Shown here one piece after another: positions 36,244 to 44,179 of a DNA stretch of 64,000 nucleotides (its first letter is position 1; every line of letters begins with the position of its first letter). The DNA is taken from the IMG/VR virus record IMGVR_UViG_3300007735_000804, positions 1-64,000 of that record; one strand, written 5' to 3'. The translations under genes were made by a program, and so were the position numbers. The notes beneath the pieces are model-generated. The model saw nothing but the letters and a program-made list of their open reading frames with translations, was not told the origin of the DNA and made no database searches.

Positions 36244-36705
36244 ATGAAAAGACTTCTATTAGCCTTTTCGTTATTCTTTACTACTCCTGCTTTTGCTGGT
36301 GAAATTACATCCAAAATCGTGGATTCAATACAATTAAGCGTTCAGGGTGCAGCGGTACAATCAGAGAGAGTCGGTGGACAATATGCCGTCTCTGGTACAA
36401 ATATCAACGTAACAACTCTTGGTGGAGTTGGTAGTGCAGGTTCTTATGCGATCAACACAAACGGACAAGCATTTAGTTTCTCCGAATCATCAATTACTGC
36501 AGATACTGTTGTCACCACTCAGTCGGCAGCTTCTGGAACAATTGCTTCTCCCAACCTTTACAGCAACTCTACTACTCAGTTAGGTGGAGACAAGGGTTCT
36601 CTTGCAGGTACACTTTCACCAACAAGTATTCCTACTATCACTGCAGGTGGTCCTGGAAGCACTGGTACTGCACAAAGAACCATCGAGTTAAGCGTATTCA
36701 AGTGA
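36244..36705 (+). CDS. Secreted beta-rich protein A
   Basis: Signal peptide ending PAFA; Ser/Thr/Gly-rich; ends LSVFK. Confidence 0.75.
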   Translation: MKRLLLAFSLFFTTPAFAGEITSKIVDSIQLSVQGAAVQSERVGGQYAVSGTNINVTTLGGVGSAGSYAINTNGQAFSFSESSITADTVVTTQSAASGTIASPNLYSNSTTQLGGDKGSLAGTLSPTSIPTITAGGPGSTGTAQRTIELSVFK

Positions 36706-37064
36706 GACACATAACTCCCGTTTTGCTGCTTGCAACGGGACTTATATCTCCCTGTTATGCAGCGCCTGTCACTCCTAATTTTACGAGTGGCACGATTACT
36801 TCTGAGACCAGAACTCGCACTGAGGTGGTTGAAGTTATCAAACAAATAGAATATACAACTGGAACATCTTATACTGTCACTGGTACTAATATTAATATAC
36901 CTGACCGTCCTGGTCCAGGCACGAACTACACAATTCAAACGCAAGGTGCTCCGTTCCAGTTTAGTGAGACTTATCTGACTCCTGGAATTGCGAAAGAAAC
37001 ATGGATAGATCGCAAAACAGTAGAGGAATCTACTACAAATTCATTGTCGGTCTTTACGCAATAG
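36702..37064 (+). CDS. Secreted beta-rich protein B, related to A
   Basis: Signal peptide; shared GTNIN and G.AF.FSE-like motifs; ends LSVFTQ. Confidence 0.75.
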   Translation: MRHITPVLLLATGLISPCYAAPVTPNFTSGTITSETRTRTEVVEVIKQIEYTTGTSYTVTGTNINIPDRPGPGTNYTIQTQGAPFQFSETYLTPGIAKETWIDRKTVEESTTNSLSVFTQ

Positions 37065-37597
37065 TATTTGCTCTACCAGCAACTGCTCAGCAAGCACCGT
37101 CTAATACGAATATTGCAGGACCCTCAGCATCTGCCACTGGTAATGTAACCAATCAGGCAGTTCAAGTGCTTCAGGGTCCTTTTGCTGTGAATACTTATGG
37201 TTCTGGTGTTTCATGTCAAGGTCCAACATTAAGTCTACAAACATTTGGATATAACAGTATTGCAGGTAGTAATGATCCAACATCTTATCAGACCAGTTCA
37301 TTCAATGGAGGACTCTCTGCAGGGTTCTCTATACCGCTTGACGGGTCATTTCAAGAACTATGTAAGACAAGAGTGAGAACTGAAATATCCAGACAGCAGG
37401 CAGAGGCAGACAAGGCACGACTTGATTTTGAATTGGTGCGTCTACTTAAATGTGGTGAGGCAATTAAGTCAGGTATTACATTTCATCCAGAAAGTCCCTA
37501 TGCAAAAATATGTGCTGATGTAGTTGTTAAGTATCCCAGAGTACAGGATGTAGTCAATGGAAATAAAAATAATCAGTCCATCGTCCGTAAGAATTGA
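37001..37597 (+). CDS. Secreted protein with Cys residues and a C-terminal helical region
   Basis: Signal peptide; ASATGNVTNQAVQ, CQGPT, RLDFELVRLLKCG. Confidence 0.7.
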   Translation: MDRSQNSRGIYYKFIVGLYAIVFALPATAQQAPSNTNIAGPSASATGNVTNQAVQVLQGPFAVNTYGSGVSCQGPTLSLQTFGYNSIAGSNDPTSYQTSSFNGGLSAGFSIPLDGSFQELCKTRVRTEISRQQAEADKARLDFELVRLLKCGEAIKSGITFHPESPYAKICADVVVKYPRVQDVVNGNKNNQSIVRKN

Positions 37598-38240
37598 AGA
37601 ACCACCAATCATTCCTACGATAGAACCTCCTGTTACAAGAAGAGCGGAACGAACTGTAACACGTGGATTAGAACTTCCAATTATCAATATTCCAGACCCA
37701 TCATTCAAATATCCAGTCATTGATGTTCCGACTCAAGAAGAGTTTGATGCTGCGGTAAGAGCAGAACAAAAGAAACAAGAAGAGGAAAAAGAAGAAAAAA
37801 CTAGAAGTCTTCCTGACTCAAAACCAATCGTTCCACAAGTTCAAGTTCCTCAAGAGTCAGTACAAGACAAAATTATCAAAGAAACCAATACAGAAAACAA
37901 CAATTTAGGAGTTCCTGTCATTGAAGTACCAATCATCGGGGAAGTTCCAGTCCCACCTAAAGAGCAGGTTATTCTTGCTGGCACCACTGCTACTGCTTCT
38001 GTTGCTGCGGCTCTTGTTGGCAAATCTTTGGTGGAATGGATGGTAAAGAAGATGAAACCAGTTGTTGAACAGATATTCGTAAGGGGTAAGAAACTCTTGA
38101 GTAGAGATCTTACCCCATATGAACTTCAGATCTACTTTGCGTTTGAGAAAAGTCAGTCTCTGAAGAAAGTTAATAAGTTACTTAAAAAAGAACAAAAGAA
38201 AGAAAAGAAAGAACAATACAAAAAGTTTCACGAGAAGTGA
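37557..38240 (+). CDS. Pro-rich membrane-associated protein with a basic C-terminus
   Basis: VILAGTTATASVAAALVG hydrophobic segment. Confidence 0.65.
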   Translation: MEIKIISPSSVRIEEPPIIPTIEPPVTRRAERTVTRGLELPIINIPDPSFKYPVIDVPTQEEFDAAVRAEQKKQEEEKEEKTRSLPDSKPIVPQVQVPQESVQDKIIKETNTENNNLGVPVIEVPIIGEVPVPPKEQVILAGTTATASVAAALVGKSLVEWMVKKMKPVVEQIFVRGKKLLSRDLTPYELQIYFAFEKSQSLKKVNKLLKKEQKKEKKEQYKKFHEK

Positions 38241-38654
38241 TTACTTCTTACGCTTTGCATCCAGTTCAGCAAAGTTCTTGACCTTGGTGCCGCCATCATA
38301 AGACCAAGCATATCCCTCAATAATCATTTGGTCGTTGAGAGATGTTGGTTCATCATTAATAAACAAGTGTCCGATGATCCTACCATACTTCTCCGTAGAA
38401 TCAGGAAGTTCTGTCTTGATTAGAATGTTTTTAGCATTTTCACAACGATGCTTCAACCATTCTTTTGATTCAAGTCCGTATTTTTTCTCATTCGCATCAG
38501 CGGTGCGGCTTTCAGGAGTATCAACCCCAGCAAGGCGAATGCGTTTAGTGAGAGATATGTCAAACCCCAAATCAATATCAGCGTCAATAGTGTCCCCATC
38601 GACTACTTTATGGATTGAGCGAATACGATATATGTATGGGTCTTTATTATCCAT
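38241..38654 (-). CDS. Thermonuclease (SNase-like)
   Basis: VVDGDTID, RIRLAGVDTPE, KYGRII. Confidence 0.9.
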   Translation of the reverse strand: MDNKDPYIYRIRSIHKVVDGDTIDADIDLGFDISLTKRIRLAGVDTPESRTADANEKKYGLESKEWLKHRCENAKNILIKTELPDSTEKYGRIIGHLFINDEPTSLNDQMIIEGYAWSYDGGTKVKNFAELDAKRKK

Positions 38655-38866
38655 TAGAAAGGAAACTTAATACTCGCAGTATTTAGTTTCGGAATAGATA
38701 ATTTTTCAAATGCTCTGTTGACTTGATTCTCTACAACCTTACCAACAAACTCTTCTGGGTTGTTTAGAATTGCTTCTGCTCTCTTATAAGTCACATAAGC
38801 ACCATAACAAAGTGCTCCACTAATGAGAAGGCTTGTCGTCGATAGAATGATTGCTAGGTTCTTCAT
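38654..38866 (-). CDS. Small membrane protein
   Basis: N-terminal TM helix. Confidence 0.6.
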   Translation of the reverse strand: MKNLAIILSTTSLLISGALCYGAYVTYKRAEAILNNPEEFVGKVVENQVNRAFEKLSIPKLNTASIKFPF

Positions 38867-38964
38867 TTTTCATTTCCTCATTTGCTAATCGTAATATGTA
38901 GAAGATCACATATGCAGTAAAAGCAAGTCCACACCCAAGTAAAGTCAACACTCCCCAGGGAAAA

Positions 38965-39165
38965 TCATTCATTCCAACCTCCTTCCTGTTTATGTATCCA
39001 AACTTTCAAATTTTTTACATATTTTCTTAATGTTTCTGCTTGAGAAAGATGCCAATCATCACCTGTCATAAGATGCTGCCGCATATGTTCATCGACAGCA
39101 TCCAGACATTTCTTAATTACAGGATTCCAGGGTTCCCTTATAGGATTGTTCCACTCTCGTGGCAT
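38965..39165 (-). CDS. Hypothetical cyanophage protein
   Basis: MPREWNNPIREPWN. Confidence 0.65.
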   Translation of the reverse strand: MPREWNNPIREPWNPVIKKCLDAVDEHMRQHLMTGDDWHLSQAETLRKYVKNLKVWIHKQEGGWNE

Positions 39166-39171
39166 AAAACC

Positions 39172-39285
39172 TCACTTTTTCTTTCCACCGTTTTTTGCTT
39201 TTTTAGCAGTCGCATTACCTTGATTCTGTTTAGAGTTTTTACTTCCAGTAGAACCTTTTTTACCTTTGTTTGCGGACTTTGCCAT
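39172..39285 (-). CDS. 37-aa Lys-rich basic peptide (not in ORF track)
   Basis: MAKSANKGKKGSTGSKNSKQNQGNATAKKAKNGGKKK; TGATG coupling. Confidence 0.6.
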   Translation of the reverse strand: MAKSANKGKKGSTGSKNSKQNQGNATAKKAKNGGKKK

Positions 39286-39617
39286 CAAACTCCACCTGTT
39301 CTTGGTTGAACTTGTCCTTCAAGAACTTCAACTCTTTCTTCAAGAGATACAGTTGCTTCAGGAGCAGGTGGTTCTGGTGGTGCTTCTACAACTTCTTCTC
39401 TGCGTGGCTCTTCTTTCTTCTCATCATCCTCACCACCTTTCTTCATCGTGTTAATACCAAATGTGGCAGCGGATGCTGTAAAGACTGTAGCAATAAAGGT
39501 AGGATCCATTTTGGATAGCATACCAGCATAGCTAGCAGTAAGAAGAGCAGCAGACCAACTCAAGATAGAAATACGAATAATCTGACTCATACATTTACCT
39601 TTCTTGTCGTTTTCCAT
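39285..39617 (-). CDS. Two-TM membrane protein, holin candidate
   Basis: Two hydrophobic helices and a charged C-tail; directly downstream of the lysozyme. Confidence 0.55.
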   Translation of the reverse strand: MENDKKGKCMSQIIRISILSWSAALLTASYAGMLSKMDPTFIATVFTASAATFGINTMKKGGEDDEKKEEPRREEVVEAPPEPPAPEATVSLEERVEVLEGQVQPRTGGV

Positions 39618-39635
39618 TTTAGTTTGTGTGTGAAG

Positions 39636-40298
39636 TTAACCTTTTTTCCAAGCTTCACCTTCTGCTTTTCTTCTACGTGCTAAACCTGCTTCTACATTTG
39701 AACCAGGATTTCTGTAAAGATAAAGCGCATCGGGCACCAGATCCCATTCTTTATTTTTTAGGCGTTTAGTAATAGTATTGAAGTTATCACCACCGTAGAA
39801 ACCAGCCCCAAGATTATAAGCAAAGCTAAGAAGAGCTCCTCTTTTTCCATCTGACATTTCATTCCAGTGTGGGATTTTACGAAGTGATGGAAGAAAATTA
39901 TGCTTACACTCTTCAATCAGAAGTTCATCTGCTTCTGCTTGTGTAATTGTATCTCCCATGTGGAATGGTTTACCATTTTTATCTCTTGTACATCCCCAAC
40001 CGATTGTGATTGGAAGTCCACCCGATAGAGGATCAGGATAGGCATTCAGTCTACATCCTTCAAACTCTTTGATAAGTTTGATACCCATCATTGGAACATC
40101 ACCACCTGTTACAGGAGCTGCAGCAGCGGGTGCCGGTGCAGCACTAGTCTTTTTTCCACGATAAATCTCTGCCCAATCTACATTATCCTCCAAAAACTTA
40201 ACTGGTAGGTTGTCTTCTAACCATTGAACTGCCTTCACATGGTTAGGGTTCTTCTCATCATAGAATTGAAAGAAGTTATGTAAATCAATTCTTGCCAT
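39636..40298 (-). CDS. GH24 lysozyme (endolysin)
   Basis: IKEFEGCRLNAYPD...TIGWG, SFAYNLG, GLARRRKAE. Confidence 0.92.
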   Translation of the reverse strand: MARIDLHNFFQFYDEKNPNHVKAVQWLEDNLPVKFLEDNVDWAEIYRGKKTSAAPAPAAAAPVTGGDVPMMGIKLIKEFEGCRLNAYPDPLSGGLPITIGWGCTRDKNGKPFHMGDTITQAEADELLIEECKHNFLPSLRKIPHWNEMSDGKRGALLSFAYNLGAGFYGGDNFNTITKRLKNKEWDLVPDALYLYRNPGSNVEAGLARRRKAEGEAWKKG

Positions 40299-40396
40299 TG
40301 TTGCCTCCGAAGTATTTTTGATAAAGTTGATTTGCTTCTAAGTGTTTACCATGATTTGTAAGATCCTTAATGATCTTAAGCATCTTTCTCTTAAAA

Positions 40397-41068
40397 TTAA
40401 TCGAAGATTCTTCCCCATCCATCATTACCTCCTGGGCACCAACGATACTTCAACATAGCCTTTGTATAAATGGTCTTCTTACCGTTGGTAACAGGACCAG
40501 TGTAGTTGTCATTACACGAACCATATGGGTCATTACAATAGTAACCTTTGCCATCTGGTGTTTTACCGATGACTACAACCATGTGCCCACCAGTAGGAGC
40601 AGAAAGAGGACCCCTGTGGAGGATACCAATAACGACAGGTTTCCCAGCGTCAAGACTTTTATCAATGTCAGCAAAAGAAAGATTGTAACTAAAGTGTGAC
40701 TTAACTCCATAACCTGCCAGAACCTTTGTCTGAACCGCATGGTCAGTCGTGTCACCAATCGCAAATACTTTCTTGACATACTCATCGTCGCCTTTGATGC
40801 TGCCTGGCTTGAGGAAAGCAAGGCACATAGCGCACGATGAACTGTTACAAGTTCTATGTGCATCTCTATAGTTATCTACTTGATTAAAGTATGGAACATC
40901 GAGTACTGCTGGTGTTGGTGGTTTTGTTCTGTAAATACCAATCCAGTCAGTCTCTGCGTCATCTAGGAATTGAGCAGGAAGGTTATCTTCTAACCATTGA
41001 ACTGCCGCTACATGATTTGAATTTTTTTCGTCGTAAAATTTAAAAAAATTGTGAAGGTCTAGTGTCAT
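40397..41068 (-). CDS. C39-like peptidase (probable endolysin)
   Basis: VPYFNQ, CNSSSCAM, GHMVVVIG, NDPYG. Confidence 0.85.
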   Translation of the reverse strand: MTLDLHNFFKFYDEKNSNHVAAVQWLEDNLPAQFLDDAETDWIGIYRTKPPTPAVLDVPYFNQVDNYRDAHRTCNSSSCAMCLAFLKPGSIKGDDEYVKKVFAIGDTTDHAVQTKVLAGYGVKSHFSYNLSFADIDKSLDAGKPVVIGILHRGPLSAPTGGHMVVVIGKTPDGKGYYCNDPYGSCNDNYTGPVTNGKKTIYTKAMLKYRWCPGGNDGWGRIFD

Positions 41069-41246
41069 CTCCCTCTCCTATGAACTCTAATGAGAAAATG
41101 TCATGATCAGGAATTTCTGGATTCAACCATTCACGAAATTCAGATTGAATCGCATGGGCATCTTCAATGTTCTTTTCACAGAGAGTATGAATACGGTCAA
41201 CTGCCCAATCATGTGTTTGGCGAAGAGTCTTTTCCAAAGTTTCCAT
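41040..41246 (-). CDS. Hypothetical cyanophage protein
   Basis: 68-aa ORF in a coupled run. Confidence 0.6.
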   Translation of the reverse strand: METLEKTLRQTHDWAVDRIHTLCEKNIEDAHAIQSEFREWLNPEIPDHDIFSLEFIGEGDDTRPSQFF

Positions 41247-41658
41247 AATCTTTTCGCATATAGCGTCCTAGAATATTGCTATTATAGTACGCAGGAGAAC
41301 CATCGTCAAGAGACTCGATCAACACATTATTTAGGAAAAGTTGTTTTGTTTCTTCATAGTTACACTGTCCTTTGGTTCGATGGAGGCTAAGTATTCTTCT
41401 GTCGCAGGATGCTTTTCCCCAAACGTCAATGTCTGCTTTAAGTTCTGGGCAGGAACCGTAATACTTTTTCCAATCAGACTCTGATTTAACTTTTCTACTT
41501 TTTCCTTTTGGTTTACGAAAACTCCACAGATACTTCCTCCCAATATATTTACGACCAGTTGGACGGCAATGTATAAGATATACAAAACCAAAATAATCTT
41601 GAATATGATCAGAATCAAATACTTCCCCATTGTAGATCCAGGGATTCTCATAGCTCAT
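41209..41658 (-). CDS. GIY-YIG-like endonuclease
   Basis: GFVYLI...RKYIGRK, YYGS. Confidence 0.75.
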   Translation of the reverse strand: MSYENPWIYNGEVFDSDHIQDYFGFVYLIHCRPTGRKYIGRKYLWSFRKPKGKSRKVKSESDWKKYYGSCPELKADIDVWGKASCDRRILSLHRTKGQCNYEETKQLFLNNVLIESLDDGSPAYYNSNILGRYMRKDYGNFGKDSSPNT

Positions 41659-41706
41659 ATTAAAGTATCTTATGAGCTATTATTTATCTTCAACGGGAAC
41701 AAAGCA

Positions 41707-41745
41707 ATTCTAGCAATAAAAAAGCACCCCTGTCAAGAGGTGCTT
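41707..41745 (-). promoter_or_regulatory. Early promoter within a terminator hairpin
   Basis: AAGCACCTC-TTGACA-GGGGTGCTTTTTT; TAGAAT 18 bp downstream. Confidence 0.7.
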
Positions 41746-41763
41746 GAGATTATGTTAGAAAAC

Positions 41764-42933
41764 TTAAGCTTGATTTTTCGATTCTTTTCCTCTATTTGAA
41801 CTAGAAGTTCCTCTAGCAAGTCTCACACCCGTCGCTTTAGGTGCAGGTGGTTCTCCATATTGACCACCGCCACTAGGTCCAGGAATTCTTGGACCAACAT
41901 CTTGCTTATAGCGATTTTTTAACTCATCCCTTCTATTGTTAAAATCATCAATTCTACTTGGAATGGTAAAACCAACACCACCCTCAACAATACTCTTAAT
42001 CATTTTAGAATCCATCTCAAGCATTACATAATGCGCTTCGTCTACGGTATCTACGTGCCCGTTCTCCAGGAGATAGTCAAGAACGAGATCATAAGCATCT
42101 TCATACTCATAACCTGCTGCAATCTGAGTTTTTGCAGGTGCTACTGGCGCTGGAGTCTTAGTAGCAGCAATAGCAGCGGTTTTCTTAACTTCAGGTGCTG
42201 CTTTGAATGCATTTGGATTTTGAGTTAATGATTGATTGCCAGCACCCAATTTAGCAACTTCTGGTGCCTGAACTGAAGGAGATTTCATAGGAAGACTAGA
42301 TCTCATATCCTTCATTAAAGGATTGTCAGTCTGCTGTGTTCCACGAATTCTTGCCTTTTCAGCAGCTGCAGCAGCAAGTTTTGGATTTGCCTTTGCCCAC
42401 TGATCCATTGCAGAAAGTTTTGGTTCTGATGCTTGTGGTTTTGATGGAACAACTTTGGGTGCTGCTGGTGATGTAGATGCTGCTGTTCGGCGTTGCGGTT
42501 GGGGCGATTCTTGTCTAGGAGAGTTTGGATTGATAGCTGGTTTAATTCCAACAGCTTGTTGTGCTTTTGCAATATTCTGTGGTGTATACTTTGGATTTAT
42601 GGCTTTGGTTAAATTATCCTTATTCCATCCATTATTGGGTCCACCTCTAGCTTTTTGTCTATCCAACATTCCCTGAATAGCTGCCTGCTGCATTTGCTTA
42701 GGACTGCTACCTGCAGGTGCCGCTGACCTTTCCCTATCTTTGGATGCTTGTATAGCAGTATTTTGTTGGGATCTCTTCTTATTTCTAGATGCCTCTGCTC
42801 TGGCAGCTGCATCTTGTGCAGCTCTAATAGTAGATGCATCATATTGACCTTCATTCAAAACTTCTTGCTCAGAAGAAACAATACTTTCATATAAATTTGC
42901 AATCTCATTCAGGTTACTCGAAGAAAGAGTCAT
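41764..42933 (-). CDS. Low-complexity late protein, probable internal head protein
   Basis: Late promoter; Ala/Pro/Gln-rich; YDLVLDYLLENG motif. Confidence 0.55.
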   Translation of the reverse strand: MTLSSSNLNEIANLYESIVSSEQEVLNEGQYDASTIRAAQDAAARAEASRNKKRSQQNTAIQASKDRERSAAPAGSSPKQMQQAAIQGMLDRQKARGGPNNGWNKDNLTKAINPKYTPQNIAKAQQAVGIKPAINPNSPRQESPQPQRRTAASTSPAAPKVVPSKPQASEPKLSAMDQWAKANPKLAAAAAEKARIRGTQQTDNPLMKDMRSSLPMKSPSVQAPEVAKLGAGNQSLTQNPNAFKAAPEVKKTAAIAATKTPAPVAPAKTQIAAGYEYEDAYDLVLDYLLENGHVDTVDEAHYVMLEMDSKMIKSIVEGGVGFTIPSRIDDFNNRRDELKNRYKQDVGPRIPGPSGGGQYGEPPAPKATGVRLARGTSSSNRGKESKNQA

Positions 42934-42964
42934 CTTGCTAATACGTTTTACTTTCTTTTATTTA

Positions 42965-42991
42965 TAAAAAAAGAGGGTCCGAAGACCCTCT
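42965..42991 (-). terminator. nrdB terminator
   Basis: AGAGGGTC-TTCG-GACCCTCT-TTTTTT. Confidence 0.85.
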
Positions 42992-42994
42992 GTA

Positions 42995-44179
42995 TTAAAG
43001 TTGGAATCCTGCAAAGGAATCTTTTGTAACGTCTTGTTTGATTCCTCCAACAATGTAAGACTCAACTTCAGTTTCTTGTGGGGCAACTTGAAGACCTTTC
43101 GAAGAAATCCAATGCTCAGTCCATGGAAGTGGATTATTCTTTGCTGAAATATCATAAAGTGGGCGAAGACCAATTGCCTTCATTCTACGATTTGCAATCC
43201 ATTCAACATACTGCTGCAACAGTTTGTCATTCAGACCAATCATAGAACCATCCTTGAACAAATATTCTGCCCAAAGTTTTTCCTGATTGACTGCATTATC
43301 AAAAGTCTTATAAAACCACTGCTCTTCCTCTTTGGCAATAAGTGCCATCTCAGGGTCATCACCCTCTTTCCATTTATTCAGAATGTTTTGAGTGATAACC
43401 AAATGTTGATTTTCATCACGAGCAATTAATGAAATTATCTTTGCACTTCCCTCCATAAGCTTGAGCTCGCCAAACGCAAAACTACAAGCGAAGCTGACGT
43501 AAAAGCGAATACCTTCAAGAATATTAACGTTTGCAACTGCTCTGAACAATTTACGTTTGAGTTCATACCTTGCTTCTCGTGCGTATGGTACTTGTTCTAA
43601 TGCGTGAACCCACTCATTTGAATTATCATACTGATGAGCACTATTAATAAAATCATTGTATGCCTGAGTGACACTCACGGCACGTTCCATAATGCGATCT
43701 TCTTTAAGAATAGTATCAAAAACTTCAGATGGGTCTGAATATACGTTTTTGATAATGTAAGTGTATGAACGAGAATGGATCATCTCCATAAACTCCCATA
43801 CTTTCATACACGCTTCCAGTTCAGGAAGTGAACAGTATGGAGCAAACGCCATACCAGGTCCACGACCCTGAACAGAATCCAGCATCACCTGATATTTCAA
43901 ATTGCTGGTGAAGATATGTTTTTGCTCTGGGCGTAGCATATGATAATCGCTACGATCTTTTTGAAGAGATACCTCTTCGGGTCTCCAGAAATAACCCAAT
44001 TGTTGTGTGGTTAATTTATCGAAAATTGGATACTTGTAAGAATCGTATCTTTGTATTCCTAATGGTTTTCCAAAAAACATAGGTTGTTTTTTAGTGTCTA
44101 CTTCTTCAGAGTTAAAAACGGTCATTGAATTGACCATTGGTTTCTCCTCTAGATGGGTTTTAAATCTTACAAGACTCAC
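42995..44179 (-). CDS. nrdB: Class Ia ribonucleotide reductase beta subunit
   Basis: FWRPEE, EMIHSRSY, EGIRFY, RDENQH, APQETEVESY. Confidence 0.97.
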   Translation of the reverse strand: MSLVRFKTHLEEKPMVNSMTVFNSEEVDTKKQPMFFGKPLGIQRYDSYKYPIFDKLTTQQLGYFWRPEEVSLQKDRSDYHMLRPEQKHIFTSNLKYQVMLDSVQGRGPGMAFAPYCSLPELEACMKVWEFMEMIHSRSYTYIIKNVYSDPSEVFDTILKEDRIMERAVSVTQAYNDFINSAHQYDNSNEWVHALEQVPYAREARYELKRKLFRAVANVNILEGIRFYVSFACSFAFGELKLMEGSAKIISLIARDENQHLVITQNILNKWKEGDDPEMALIAKEEEQWFYKTFDNAVNQEKLWAEYLFKDGSMIGLNDKLLQQYVEWIANRRMKAIGLRPLYDISAKNNPLPWTEHWISSKGLQVAPQETEVESYIVGGIKQDVTKDSFAGFQL

